Source: Chiloscyllium plagiosum
Lineage: Eukaryota
Assembly: GCF_004010195.1 (NCBI RefSeq)
Contig: NC_057717.1
Location: 102,650,572-102,674,888, forward strand
Length of the DNA stretch: 24,317 nucleotides
Direction of reading: 5' to 3'
The notes under the pieces were generated by a model, which was not told the origin of the DNA, did no database searches, and was given only the letters and a program-made list of their open reading frames with translations. Shown piece by piece: positions 1-9,660 of this stretch. The translations under genes were made by a program, and so were the position numbers. Position 1 is the first letter of the stretch; the number at the start of each line of letters is the position of its first letter.

Positions 1-377
1 CAATGACTCCAGTTTCCGCTACTCTCTGGGCAAGAGATTCCCAAACACTGATGGAAGAAATCTCAGCTCACTGAGGAGTGAGGTAACTACAGGCTTCGAA
101 ATTTAATCGAAACCAGGAATCCTTGGCATCTCATGAGGTATCCGCAGCGCAAATGGTTCTAGAAAGTTCCATTCAGGGAGAGGGTGATGCCAATGGAGAA
201 AAAAAGTGGTGTAGTGCCTCGAGTAGGCCAGGTCGGTGCCTGTGTGAAATGTTGAAAGACTCTCAAAAAAAATGGTAGTCATTCGTTTCGATGTGTGTGC
301 CTTTAAGGAATGTAATCACGCCATATTTTGTTAATAAGTGTGTTTATAAATACTTCTTTTCCCTATAAAACTTTTAG

Positions 378-591
378 ATGGACATTTTCCAGAGAATTTC
401 TCCATCCTAATGACACTGAAGGCCAAGAAAATGTCTCAGTTTTTCCTGCTGTCCATTTACAATGACCAAGGAATACAACAGCTCGGGGTAGAGATTGGGC
501 GATCTCCTGTCTTCCTTTATGAGGATCAAACAGGCAAACCAACCCCTGAGGAATATCCCATCTTCAAAAAAATTAACCTGGCTGATGGCAA
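378..591 (+). CDS. COL5A3: Coding exon (equivalent to exon 3) of a type V/XI fibrillar collagen alpha chain, TSPN/LamG N-propeptide domain; probably COL5A3
   Basis: Acceptor cttttag|AT at 377/378 and donor AA|gtaagt at 591/592; 214 bp, matching the exon 3 size I recall for COL11A1/COL5A1. Translates (D)[70 protein letters not shown](K), clearly COL5/COL11 TSPN. The paralog call rests on GHFPENFS and is less certain (~0.6). Confidence 0.93.
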
Positions 592-804
592 GTAAGTACA
601 GCACACTTTCACCCTTCCTCCTACTGTTCAGTCACTCGTCAATGTTTACCTCAGATGCATCTTTGCATGAACCACTGGCGGAGTCAGTTAATGTCTCCAG
701 TTTACTATCTGCGTTCCAAAGGTAGTGTATTCCATTGCGTCCAGTTATGCAGCATGTTTAAGAAGGGAGATGTCCCCAAGGCACATTATAGCAGGGTTAT
801 ACTC

Positions 805-1136
805 AGAATCCCTACAGTGTGGAAACAAGTCCTTCGGCCCAACAAGTCCACACCGACCCTCCGAATAATAACCCATCCAGACCCATTCCCCGACCTTAAT
901 TATTCTATATTTACCCCTGATTAATGCACCTAACCTACACTTCCCTGGACACAATGGGCAACTTCCCATAGCCAATCCACCCTAACTTGCACATCTTTGG
1001 ATTGTGGGAGGAAATCCACGCAGACACTGGGAGAACGTGCAAACTCCACACCGACAGTCAACCAAGGTTGGAATCGAACCCGGGTCCCCGGCGCTGTGAG
1101 GCAGCAGTGCTAACCACTGAGCCACCGTGCCGCCCC
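805..1136 (-). mobile_element. HE1-like V-SINE (tRNA-derived)
   Basis: Reverse complement reads GGGGCGGCACGGTGGCTCAGTGGTTAGCACTGCTGCCTCACAGCGCC...GGTTCGATTCC (A/B boxes), V-domain GTGTGGAGTTTGCACGTTCTCCC, and CR1-type tail GGGCCGAAGGACTTGTTTCCACACTGTAGGGATTCT. Confidence 0.9.
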
Positions 1137-1165
1137 AATGACCAACATATGTCAAGAAAGGTCCT

Positions 1166-1258
1166 GTGACGTGGTGGTAGTGTCCGTATCTCTCGGCCAG
1201 AAGGTCCCACGTCAGGACGCGACGAAGACGTGCCGATAAAAATGTCCGAGCAGATAGC
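1166..1258 (+). mobile_element. Short tRNA-derived SINE remnant (B-box-deleted variant)
   Basis: GTGACGTGGTGGTAGTGTCCGTATCTCTCGGCCAGAAGGTCCCAC is similar to the copies at 4121 and 5161. Confidence 0.5.
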
Positions 1259-1702
1259 TTCATGTTATAAAGAAAACCAAAACCTGATTGTGAGATAGGA
1301 GGAGAGGTGTCCAAGAGGTTCCGGAACAGAGGTTGGGTTTACGGGACTCTGTAAACAAAGAGAGCTGGAGAGCTCCTTCCAAGGTACCACAGTTTAAAGC
1401 AACAAGCAGCAAGGAGCAAAGGTCCTAAGGTCATTCTAGTTTCCCCAAAGCGGGTGTGACATATAATTGTTTGATGCACTTTGTTGGCAGGGTCCTGTTG
1501 TCAATATACCTTCTACCAGTGGTGCTATCAATGGGATTGTGGTGAAGCATCATGACAGAATGTTCTAATTGCTTCCACATGGTCTGGACAATATCCAGAA
1601 TATTTGTAGGAACCAGATCATCCAGGATAAGGGCGTTGGATATGAGCCAAGACTCGGTCATGAAAGGAGTGTTCTCTGATGATAGCCGCAGTGGGAATCA
1701 CA

Positions 1703-2033
1703 GATTGCCTACAGTGTGTGAGCAGGCCATTCGACCCATCCAGACCACACCAATCACCTGAAGAGCTTCCCACCCAGTCACTGTAACCCTGCATTTCCCC
1801 ATGGCTAACCTACCTGGCTTGCAAATCCCTGGACACAATGGGCAATTTAGCATGGCCAATCCACCCTAACCTGCAGAAACTTTGGAAGAAAACCAGAGCA
1901 CCCAGAGGAAACCCACCCAGACACAGGGAGAATGTGCAAACTGCACACAGACAGTCACCTGAGAGTGGAATTGAATCTGGGTCCCCATTGCTGTAAGGCA
2001 GCAGTGCTAACCACTGAGCCACCATGCCTGCCC
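1703..2033 (-). mobile_element. HE1-like V-SINE
   Basis: Same head (gcagcagtgctaaccactgagccaccatgcc on +), V-domain and tail as the copy at 805-1136. Confidence 0.88.
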
Positions 2034-2216
2034 AATGATTAGAATTTTTCAGAATATTTGTCTTAATCGTTGGCTGTCTTGTCCGTCAGAATACTGTTTA
2101 GATTATTGAACATGTTCACTGCTCTCTACTTCACTACTAATGACCCTCTGAAGGAAGAAATCTGACCTCCTTGAAGAGTGGCACACACCAGCCCCCTCCT
2201 CACTCTCTCAATGAAA

Positions 2217-2388
2217 GCAAATGCTGGAGATTGAGACAAATGCAAAAAAAAACTGCTGGAGGAACTCAGCAGGGTCAGTGAAGAGAGAAAGAGAGACAGA
2301 GTTAACATTTTGAGTCCGTTATGATCCTTGTTCAGGACTGGAGACCCAGAGAGCTGCCAGACCTGCTGAGTTTCTCCAACACTTTCTG
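2217..2388. mobile_element. Degenerate inverted pair of PLE terminal repeats (family P2)
   Basis: Inverted arms ctgctggaggaactcagcagg / cctgctgagtttctccaacac. The middle gagttaacattttgagtcc...ttcagga is a decayed antisense hammerhead-like core, similar to 18666-18760. Confidence 0.6.
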
Positions 2389-2751
2389 CGCTGGCCCCTC
2401 CTCCACCTCGTCCTTTCGATGCACCCCCTTATGCCGAACACTCTGGCGAACCTTGGGATCACGTGGCCGAGTGCTCCCCCCATCGGGTATGATCGAAACC
2501 GTTCTGTGCAAGGCCGCTCCCCACGCCCGTGAAGTGCGTTGGGATGATGTTGAAGGCGCTATGTAAATGCAGGCTATCGGGGTGTGGGGTGGGCAGACTG
2601 AGTGCACAATTGTTGCTGGATGGGAGTGTTCGGTTGTCGCTTGAGCGAGTGCTGTTTCTTCCGGTGAGTAACCCTCGCGCCCAGCAGTGCGTCAGGCTCA
2701 GGTCTGTTCACGCCCTCGTCTCTGACGGTACCCGCTGGTTGTGTTTTGCAG

Positions 2752-2914
2752 GTGGCACCGCCTGGCGATCAGCGTTGAAGGGAAGAATGTCACGCTGATC
2801 ATTGACTGCAGCCAGCAGATATCTGAGCATCTAGCTCGAAGTGACAATCCAGAGATCAGCACCAATGGAATCACCGTGTTCGGTACCAGGATATTGGATG
2901 AGGAAGTGTTTGAG
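2752..2914 (+). CDS. COL5A3: Coding exon (equivalent to exon 4) of the same type V/XI collagen, TSPN/LamG domain
   Basis: Acceptor gttttgcag|G at 2751/2752 and donor GAG|gttagt at 2914/2915; 163 bp. Phase-compatible with the previous exon (AA+G = Lys). Translates (K)[54 protein letters not shown], ending in the diagnostic [11 protein letters not shown] of COL5A1/COL11A1-type chains. Confidence 0.93.
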
Positions 2915-3059
2915 GTTAGTGTGATGGTTTGTCAGCCAATAGAGTCTGGCATGCCTTTGTTTTATTCTGTGGGCTCCCCTTATGTGTCTTTTGGGTCCCC
3001 CCCTCCATCAACCAGTAGCTAATCTCACCGATTCAGACAGAGTGGAAACAAGCCCTCTT

Positions 3060-3975
3060 ACTCGGGGCATGGAGTTGGCAAACCATGTTGCAGCTGTAGA
3101 AAGCCCTTGTTAGGCCGCACTTGGAGTATTGTCTGCAGTTTTGATTGCCACACTACCAGAAGGACGTTGGAAGCTTTGGAGAGAGTGCAGAGAAGGTTCA
3201 CCAGGATGTTGCCTGGTCTCGAGGGCGTGGCTGTGGGGAAAGGTTGGGTGGCACGGTGGCTCAGTGGTTAGCACTGCTACCTCACAATGCCAGGGACCCG
3301 AGTTCAATTCCAGCCTCGGGCGACTGTCTGTGTGGAGTTTGTACATTCTCCCCGTGTCTGTGTGGGTTTCCTCCGGGTGCGCCGATTTCCTCTCACAATC
3401 CAAGGATGTGCAGGTCAGGTGAATTGGCCATGCTAAATTGCCCCATAGTGCTAGGTGCATTAGTCAGGGGTAAAGATCGGGACTGTGCACTCTTCAGCAG
3501 GTCAGTGTGGACTTGATGGGCCAAAGGGTCTGTTTCCATACTGTAGGGAATCTATAAAAGAAAGACCAGGATTGTTTTCACTGGAAAGACAGCAGCTGGT
3601 AGGAGACCTGATAGAGGGCTACACAATGATGACAGGATGGATAGTTTCCCAGGGTTAAAGTTTCAATTAAAGTTTCAATTACAAGAGGGTATAGGTTCAA
3701 GGTGAGAGCGGGAACATTTAAGGGGAGATGTGAGAGGGAAGGTTTTCACACGGAGAGTGTTAGGAGCCTGGAATGCACTGTCAGAAGAGGGGGGGGAATC
3801 AGGATATTGGAGACATTTAAGAGGCACCTGGATGGTTACATGAATAGGGAGGGAATAGGGGGATATGGACCGAATAAGGGCAGATGGTTTGTTCTTTAGT
3901 TTAGTTGAGGCATGATGATCAGCACAGGCTTGGAGGGCCGAAGGGCCTGTTCCTGAGCTGTACCTCTCCTTTGTT
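3060..3975 (+). mobile_element. CR1 (HER1-like) LINE 3' fragment, interrupted by an HE1 SINE
   Basis: Encodes LVRPHLEYCLQF and FKRHLDGYMN CR1 ORF2 C-terminal motifs; 3' tail GGGCCGAAGGGCCTGTTCCTGAGCTGTAC. Confidence 0.85.
3246..3554 (+). mobile_element. HE1-like V-SINE nested in CR1
   Basis: GGGTGGCACGGTGGCTCAGTGGTTAGCACTGC head, V-domain, tail ending CTGTAGGGAATCTA. Confidence 0.9.
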
Positions 3976-4120
3976 TTTACTCCATGAGTGTTATGCAGCC
4001 GTGACCTTTGAACTGTTTGCTGATCTCATCTGGAGTTATGACTGGGGTATTTTAAGAAGGAAGATGTCCCCGGGGCACATCATAGAAGGGTCATCGAACA
4101 ACTTTCGACACGAGGGTCGC

Positions 4121-4202
4121 GTGACGCTGCGGTAGTGACCCTATCTCTCAGCAGAAGGTCCCACCTCGGGAGATGTGCCGCTAAAACGCCTGAGCAGATT
4201 TC
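4121..4202 (+). mobile_element. Short tRNA-derived SINE remnant (B-box-deleted variant)
   Basis: GTGACGCTGCGGTAGTGACCCTATCTCTCAGCAGAAGGTCCCAC...GATGTGCCGCTAAAACGCCTGAGCAGAT aligns by eye with 1166-1258. Confidence 0.5.
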
Positions 4203-4643
4203 TTAACGTAACAAAGAGAACCAGAAACTGCTTGAGGGCTCTGCTCTGGAACGAAACAGCTGCTTCAAGATCCTGATCAGACAGGGACTGAGGTAATGTG
4301 CATGGCCTTCCACAGTTGAATAGTCTCACTCCTATCTTGGCTCGTGTGTGAGGGAAGCTTAGGGACCTGGTGGGTGCAGGGCAAGCTAAAAACACCAACA
4401 TAGTACGGGCACAGTTGGGAGAGGTGGCATGTGAAGGAACAGGGTGGGGGGGTGTAGTGGGTATAGTCCCTGTTAGTCGCTGCTTACGTTTCAGTTGGTA
4501 TCTGTCACCATACATTTATTATTCAGAATGCATCTGCAAAGGACCATCCAAAACGTCCATTGCAACTAAAGAAACTGGTTCATTTCAGAATCGAACTGTG
4601 AGATTGCGAAGTGGCGGACTGAAGGAGGGCTCAGTTATTCAGT

Positions 4644-5000
4644 AGGAGTGGCACAGTGTCTCAGTGGTTAGCACTGCTGCCTCACAGCGCCAGGAACCCA
4701 GCTTCGATTCCAGCCTCGGGCGACTGTCTGTGTGGAGTTTGCACATTTTCCCCATGTCTGCGTTGGTTTCCTCCGGGTGCTCCAGTTTCCTCCCACAGTC
4801 CAAAGATGTGCAGGTCAGGTGAATTGGCCATGCTAAATTGTCCATACTGTTCAGGGATGTGTGGGTTAGGAGCATTGGTCAGGGATAAATGTAGGGTAAT
4901 TGTGTAGGGGAGCGGGTCTGGGTGGGTTACTCTTCAGAGGGTCGGTGCGGACTTGTTGGGCTGAAGGGCCTGTTTCCAAGCTGTAGGGTTTCTATGATTC
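4644..5000 (+). mobile_element. HE1-like V-SINE (full length)
   Basis: tRNA head, V-domain TGTGGAGTTTGCACATTTTCCCCATGTCTGCG, tail CTGTTTCCAAGCTGTAGGGTTTCTATGATTC. Confidence 0.9.
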
Positions 5001-5160
5001 TTGGCACATGATGACTCTGGATGGTGTCGGGGGTTGGGGTTAGGGAAGAAGCATTGACATGTGCCATGGGTGAGTTGGCTACAAAAAGCTTGCTGCTCTT
5101 CCAGGAATATTGAAGGAATGGCTTGGAAAGCCTCTGTTGAATTCCTTTCCTCGAAGGAAA

Positions 5161-5262
5161 GGCACGGTGGTAGTGTCCCTACCTCTGGCTCAGAAGGCCT
5201 GGGTTCAAGTCTCACCTGCTCTGGAGGAGTGTCACAGTTGTGAAAGGGTTGATTTGAAAATC
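5161..5262 (+). mobile_element. Short tRNA-derived SINE (~100 bp) with B box
   Basis: GGCACGGTGGTAGTGTCCCTACCTCTGGCTCAGAAGGCCTGGGTTCAAGTCTCAC contains an A-box-like and a B-box (GGTTCAAGTC) motif. Confidence 0.55.
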
Positions 5263-5468
5263 CCGAGAGTTCCAGCAGGCTCTCTGACCCTCCCCTTTCG
5301 AAGCTGTGTGTGATGGAGCCCGATGCGTGAGTACATTGGACTATCTTGAGGACGTCTTGACTGTGGAAAACATTGAGCAGAAAGATGGGTCTGTCCCTTC
5401 ATTCCTGCATCTGTCGCATTTGGGCACGTTCTTCAACAATCCCTGGTGCACTCTCCTTCCCAATCGAC

Positions 5469-6085
5469 ATAGAAGTCATCCAGCACGGAAGAAGGCCCTT
5501 CGGCCCAGCTCATCCATGCTGACCGGGTTTCCTGAACTGAACTAGTGCCATTTGCCAGCACCCAGCCCATATCCCTCTAAACCCTTCCTATTCATATACC
5601 CATCCAGATGCCTTTTAAATGTTGCAATTGTACCAGCCTCCACCACTTCCTCTGGCAGCTCATTCCATTCACGTACCACCCTCTGTGTGAAAACGTTGCC
5701 CCTTAGGTCCCTTTTTATATCTTTCCTTTCTTACCGTAAACCTCTAGTTCTGGACATCCCCTCACTCTGGGGAAAAGACCTTGTCTATTTACCCTATCCA
5801 TGCCCCTCATGATTTTATAAACCTCTATAAGGTCACCCCTCAGCATCCAATTCTCCAGGGAAAGAAGTCCCAATGTATTACCATCCTATCCAGGCTCTCC
5901 CTGTAACTCAAACTCTCCAGTCTCGGTAACATCCTTGTCAATCTCATTTGCACCCTTTCCAGTTTAATAGCATCCTTCCTGTAGCATGGGGACCAGAATT
6001 GCATGCAGTGCTCTGAATGTGGCCTTACCAATGTTTGTCCAGCCATAACATGATGTCCCAGCTCCTGAAATAATATACTCAATGC
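5469..6085 (-). mobile_element. CR1 (HER1-like) LINE 3' fragment
   Basis: Minus-strand ORF TLVRPHSEHCMQFWSPCYRKDAIKLERVQMRLTRMLPRLESLSYRESL; CR1 tail near 5470-5520. Confidence 0.9.
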
Positions 6086-6997
6086 CCACTCCTGCAAAGA
6101 GTCACCCTCGGTGACCACCCTCATGTCTGAAACTGGTGCCCTCCCATCTGGCATCAGGACTGTCCTCAATTGACATTATTCCAGCCAAGTTCACCCCAGT
6201 GAGTTTGTCCATTCAGATGGTGGTCTGACTTGCTTCTGAAGCAATAAGGGACTCTGCCTGAACAAAGACTCTTCACCGTTTACACAGTGATCAACCAATC
6301 GATCGATTTTGGCACATTGTGTCCTCGGCAACTCCACGACAACTGAGGCCTGAGTAAAGGCCGATCCCAATGATGGGAGCAGGCTGTCAGAGCCAGGTTA
6401 GTACAGGCTGGTAAATGGGCAGAGGCAGATGCACATGGCTTCTGTTGTAGGCACTGGTGCCAAGAGCTGGTTACCAAGGAGCAGATGTTACTGAACAGCA
6501 TTGTGGATGACCTCCAAGTGGTTTCCACGTCTGACTGGCATACCCTTGATGTGATATTTCCATTGACTCAGCATGGCTACCCTGATGTGCTGGGCGGGTG
6601 TGGCCCCATCCGATCTGCTCCCGCCCCAGACCGGTGCCTTACTGAAGCCCCATCTCCCCACCACTAATCCCGGGGGAAATGGCAAGTTCAAACAAGCCCC
6701 TCATCAGCTCCATAATCTCCGATGCAGTCAGGGACCATTAAACCCACAACTGTTCTCTAAACGAAATGCGCATCAATTATGAACATGCTTGGATTAATCT
6801 GAGATAAACTGCAAAGCAGTTTGTTGGTAATGGTCTATTCTCTGAGTCTCATTGTTTGTTTGTTTTATTGTTCAATGACAGAGAAAATGAAAACAGAATA
6901 AACGTACCTCAAAGAGATTTGACTTCTAAAGATGGACTTCTAAAGATGGCTGATTTTGCTTTCTGAATTTTGCCCTTTATATTTCCTTCCAAATCTC

Positions 6998-7690
6998 ATT
7001 CTCTGTCTCTCTCTCTCTCTTGTCTCTCTCTGTCTTTCTCTCTCTCTGTTTCTCTCTCTCTCTGTCTCTCTGTGTGTCTCTCTCTCTCCTTTTTTGGATC
7101 TTATTCTCTGTCTCTCTCTGTCTGTCTGTCTGTCTCTCTCTCTGTCTCCCTCTCTCTCTGTCTCTCTCTCTCTCCTTTTTTGGATCTTATTCTCTGTCTC
7201 TCTCTGTCTGTCTGTCTGTCTCTCTCTCTGTCTCCCTCTCTCTCTGTCTCTCTCTCTCTCCTTTTTTGGATCTTATTCTCTGTCTCTCTCTGTCTGTCTG
7301 TCTGTCTCTCTCTCTGTCTCCCTCTCTCTCTGTCTCTCTCTCTCTCCTTTTTTGGATCTTATTCTCTGTCTCTCTCTGTCTGTCTGTCTGTCTCTCTCTC
7401 TGTCTCCCTCTCTCTCTGTCTCTCTCTCTCTCCTTTTTTGGATCTTATTCTCTGTCTCTCTCTGTCTGTCTGTCTGTCTCTCTCTCTGTCTCCCTCTCTC
7501 TCTGTCTCTCTCTCTCTCCTTTTTTGGATCTTATTCTCTATCTCTCTGTCTCTCTCTCACACACATTCTCTCTCTCTCTCTCACACATTCTCTCTCTCTC
7601 TCTCTCTCTCTCATTTTCTCTCTCTCTCTCTCTGTCTCTCTCTCTGTCTCTCTATCTCTCCTTTTTTGGATCTAATCCTCTGTCTCTCTC
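6998..7690. repeat. (CT)/(CTGT)-rich minisatellite with 86-bp unit
   Basis: The anchor TTTTTTGGATCTTATTCTCT recurs with GGATC at 7096, 7182, 7268, 7354, 7440 and 7526 (exact 86-bp period), plus a diverged copy at 7668. Confidence 0.95.
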
Positions 7691-8034
7691 GCTGAGTTCA
7701 GTTGCATGCTGTTTCGGGACATCTCTACTCAAGTTTTCCTATGTGTTCACTGGTCGTGGTTATGAGTTTTATTGTAACAGCTCAGGCATGACCCTAGTTC
7801 CCTTGGGTCAGATGTGACGCCTCCTGTTGTTGAACAGCTGTGATGAACAGACTCAGCATCAAACCTGGGCATTTTCTTGAGTAGAAAAAGTCATGTGTGG
7901 TGAAAATGTGAATGAAAGTCAAACTTCTGATTGTATACTTTTAAAAAACTTTGTTTTGATTAAGCTTTAGTAATGAAGGCATTTTTAAAATGAAGTTCAA
8001 ACATTTGCAATCTCAGGGAGTTGTCTCCACTTTT

Positions 8035-8990
8035 TTAAAATTCATTAATGGGATGTGGGTGTTGCTGGCTGGGCCCAGTATTTATAGCTGTCCCTAGCTG
8101 CCCCTTGAGAAGGTGGTGGTGAGCTGTCATATTGAGATGCTGTAGACCATGTGCTGTAGGTAGACCTACAGTTTGACCCATTAGGGAGGGAATTCCAGGA
8201 TTTTGACCCAATGACACTAAAGGAACAACAATATATTTCCAAGTCAGGATGGTGAGTGGCTCGCAGGGGAACTTGCAGGGGGTGGTGTTCCCATGTATCT
8301 GCTAATCCTGTCCTTCTGGATGGATTGAGAGTGGTTTGGAAGGTGTTGTCTGAGGATCTTTGGTGAATTTCTGCAGTGCATCTTGTAGATGGTACACACC
8401 GCTGCTACTGAGCATCAGTGGTGGAGGGAGTGGATGTTTGTGGGTGTGGTGCCAATCCAGCGGGCTGCTTTGTCCTGGATGATGTCAAACTTCTTGAGTG
8501 TTGTTGGGGCTACACCCATCAGGCCAGGGGGGAGTATTCCATCACACTCCTGACTTATGCCTTGTAGATGGTGGACAGGCTTTGGGGAGTCAGGAAGTGA
8601 GTTTCTCACCTCAATATTCTTACCCTCTGACTTGCTCTTGTAACCACTGTGTTTATATGACAAGTCCAGTTGAGCTTTTGACCAATAGTAAACCCCAGGA
8701 TGTTGACAGTGGGGGATTCAGTGATGTTAACACCATTGAATATCAAGGGGCGATGGTTAGACTGTATCTTGTAGATGATGGCTATAGCCTGGCATTTGTG
8801 TGGCAGAAGTGTCACTTGCCACTTGTCAGCCCAAGCCTAGATAATGTCCAGATCTTGTTGCATTTGAATATGGACTGCTTCAGTATCTGAGGAGTCATGA
8901 ATGGTACTGAACATTGTGCAATCATTGGTGAACATCTCCACATCTGACCTTATGATGCAGGGAAGGTGGTTGCTGAAGCAGCTGAAGATG
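8035..8990 (-). mobile_element. Non-LTR retrotransposon (LINE) ORF2 3' fragment, a second family distinct from the CR1 copies
   Basis: Minus strand encodes RT C-terminal pieces (NILGFTIGQKLNWTCHINTV, APTTLKKFDIIQDKAARWIG, SKSWNSLPN, AHHHLLKG) with frameshifts. The 3' end ...CCCACATCCCATTAATGAATTTTAAAAAA is shared with SINE family B. Confidence 0.85.
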
Positions 8991-9344
8991 CATTGCACCT
9001 GGCCTCAAGTGACATAACGGTCCTACATTCAGGGTGACTGGCTGTGATCAACATTCAGTCAGTGTATACTCGGAGCTGACGGGAGAGCTGGGTTCCCGAA
9101 GATTAATAATCAACGAAGGATCCTTTGGGTTTTGTGTTTCTATTAACAGTACACATGAGGAAGGCCATGGGAAAAACCACCTCATTGATTCTTTTCCAAA
9201 GTAATATCCCTCATGGGAGCTGAGAAAGGGAAATTCCTATCGGTGGTTGAAGAGGAAATTGCAGGACAGTGTGGTGTCGAGAAATGAATTTTTCTTTCAG
9301 CTGATCATCACTTTGCAGTGTTGGAGAGGTCTCTATTTTTATTT

Positions 9345-9660
9345 TTTTCATTCCCGCGATATAAGAATCACTGGCCAAGCCAGCATTTATTGCCCATCCC
9401 TAATTGCCTAGAGGGCAGTTAAGAGTCAACCACATTCTGGAGTCACATGTAGGCTAGACCAGGTAAGGATGGCAGATTTATTTCCCCAGTAGGGCATTCG
9501 ATAGATTTTTAATAACAATCAACAGTTCTGATTGGTTTTGGTTGCTATTGGCTAGCTTTTCCTTGGATTAAAATTTCCCCCAAGTGCCAGGTCAGTGTGT
9601 GAACTCAGATCCCCAGACCATTAAATTATGATCCTGGATTACCAGTCCAGTGACAGTATC
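9345..9660 (-). mobile_element. tRNA-derived SINE family B, 3' part (split by the PLE insertion)
   Basis: gccagcatttattgcccatccctaattgcc...gggcagttaagagtcaaccaca...gaccaggtaaggatggcagattt matches the copies at 11980-12304 and 18826-19402. The head continues at 11339-11372. Confidence 0.8.

Noticed and set aside
410..595. 61-aa ORF as a standalone gene
   Set aside because: It is the internal part of a spliced collagen exon; its stop lies in the intron donor (gtaa).
3246..3315. tRNA genes at SINE heads
   Set aside because: A/B boxes run directly into SINE bodies; these are tRNA-derived heads, not tRNA genes.
3110..4907. Recurrent ORFs with VAQWLALLPHS / CGVCTFSPC / WPIHLTCTSLDC motifs
   Set aside because: Translations of HE1 V-SINE copies, not a protein family.
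6200..6700. Possible exon or old transposon ORFs
   Set aside because: No recognisable protein motif, Gly-X-Y pattern or convincing splice pair.
7096..7545. CRISPR-like regular repeat
   Set aside because: The intervening sequences are identical low-complexity DNA rather than unique spacers, and the context is eukaryotic.
6956..7817. Three long ORFs (239-265 aa, Leu/Ser/Cys-rich)
   Set aside because: Open in all three frames because the CT minisatellite lacks stop codons; not coding.
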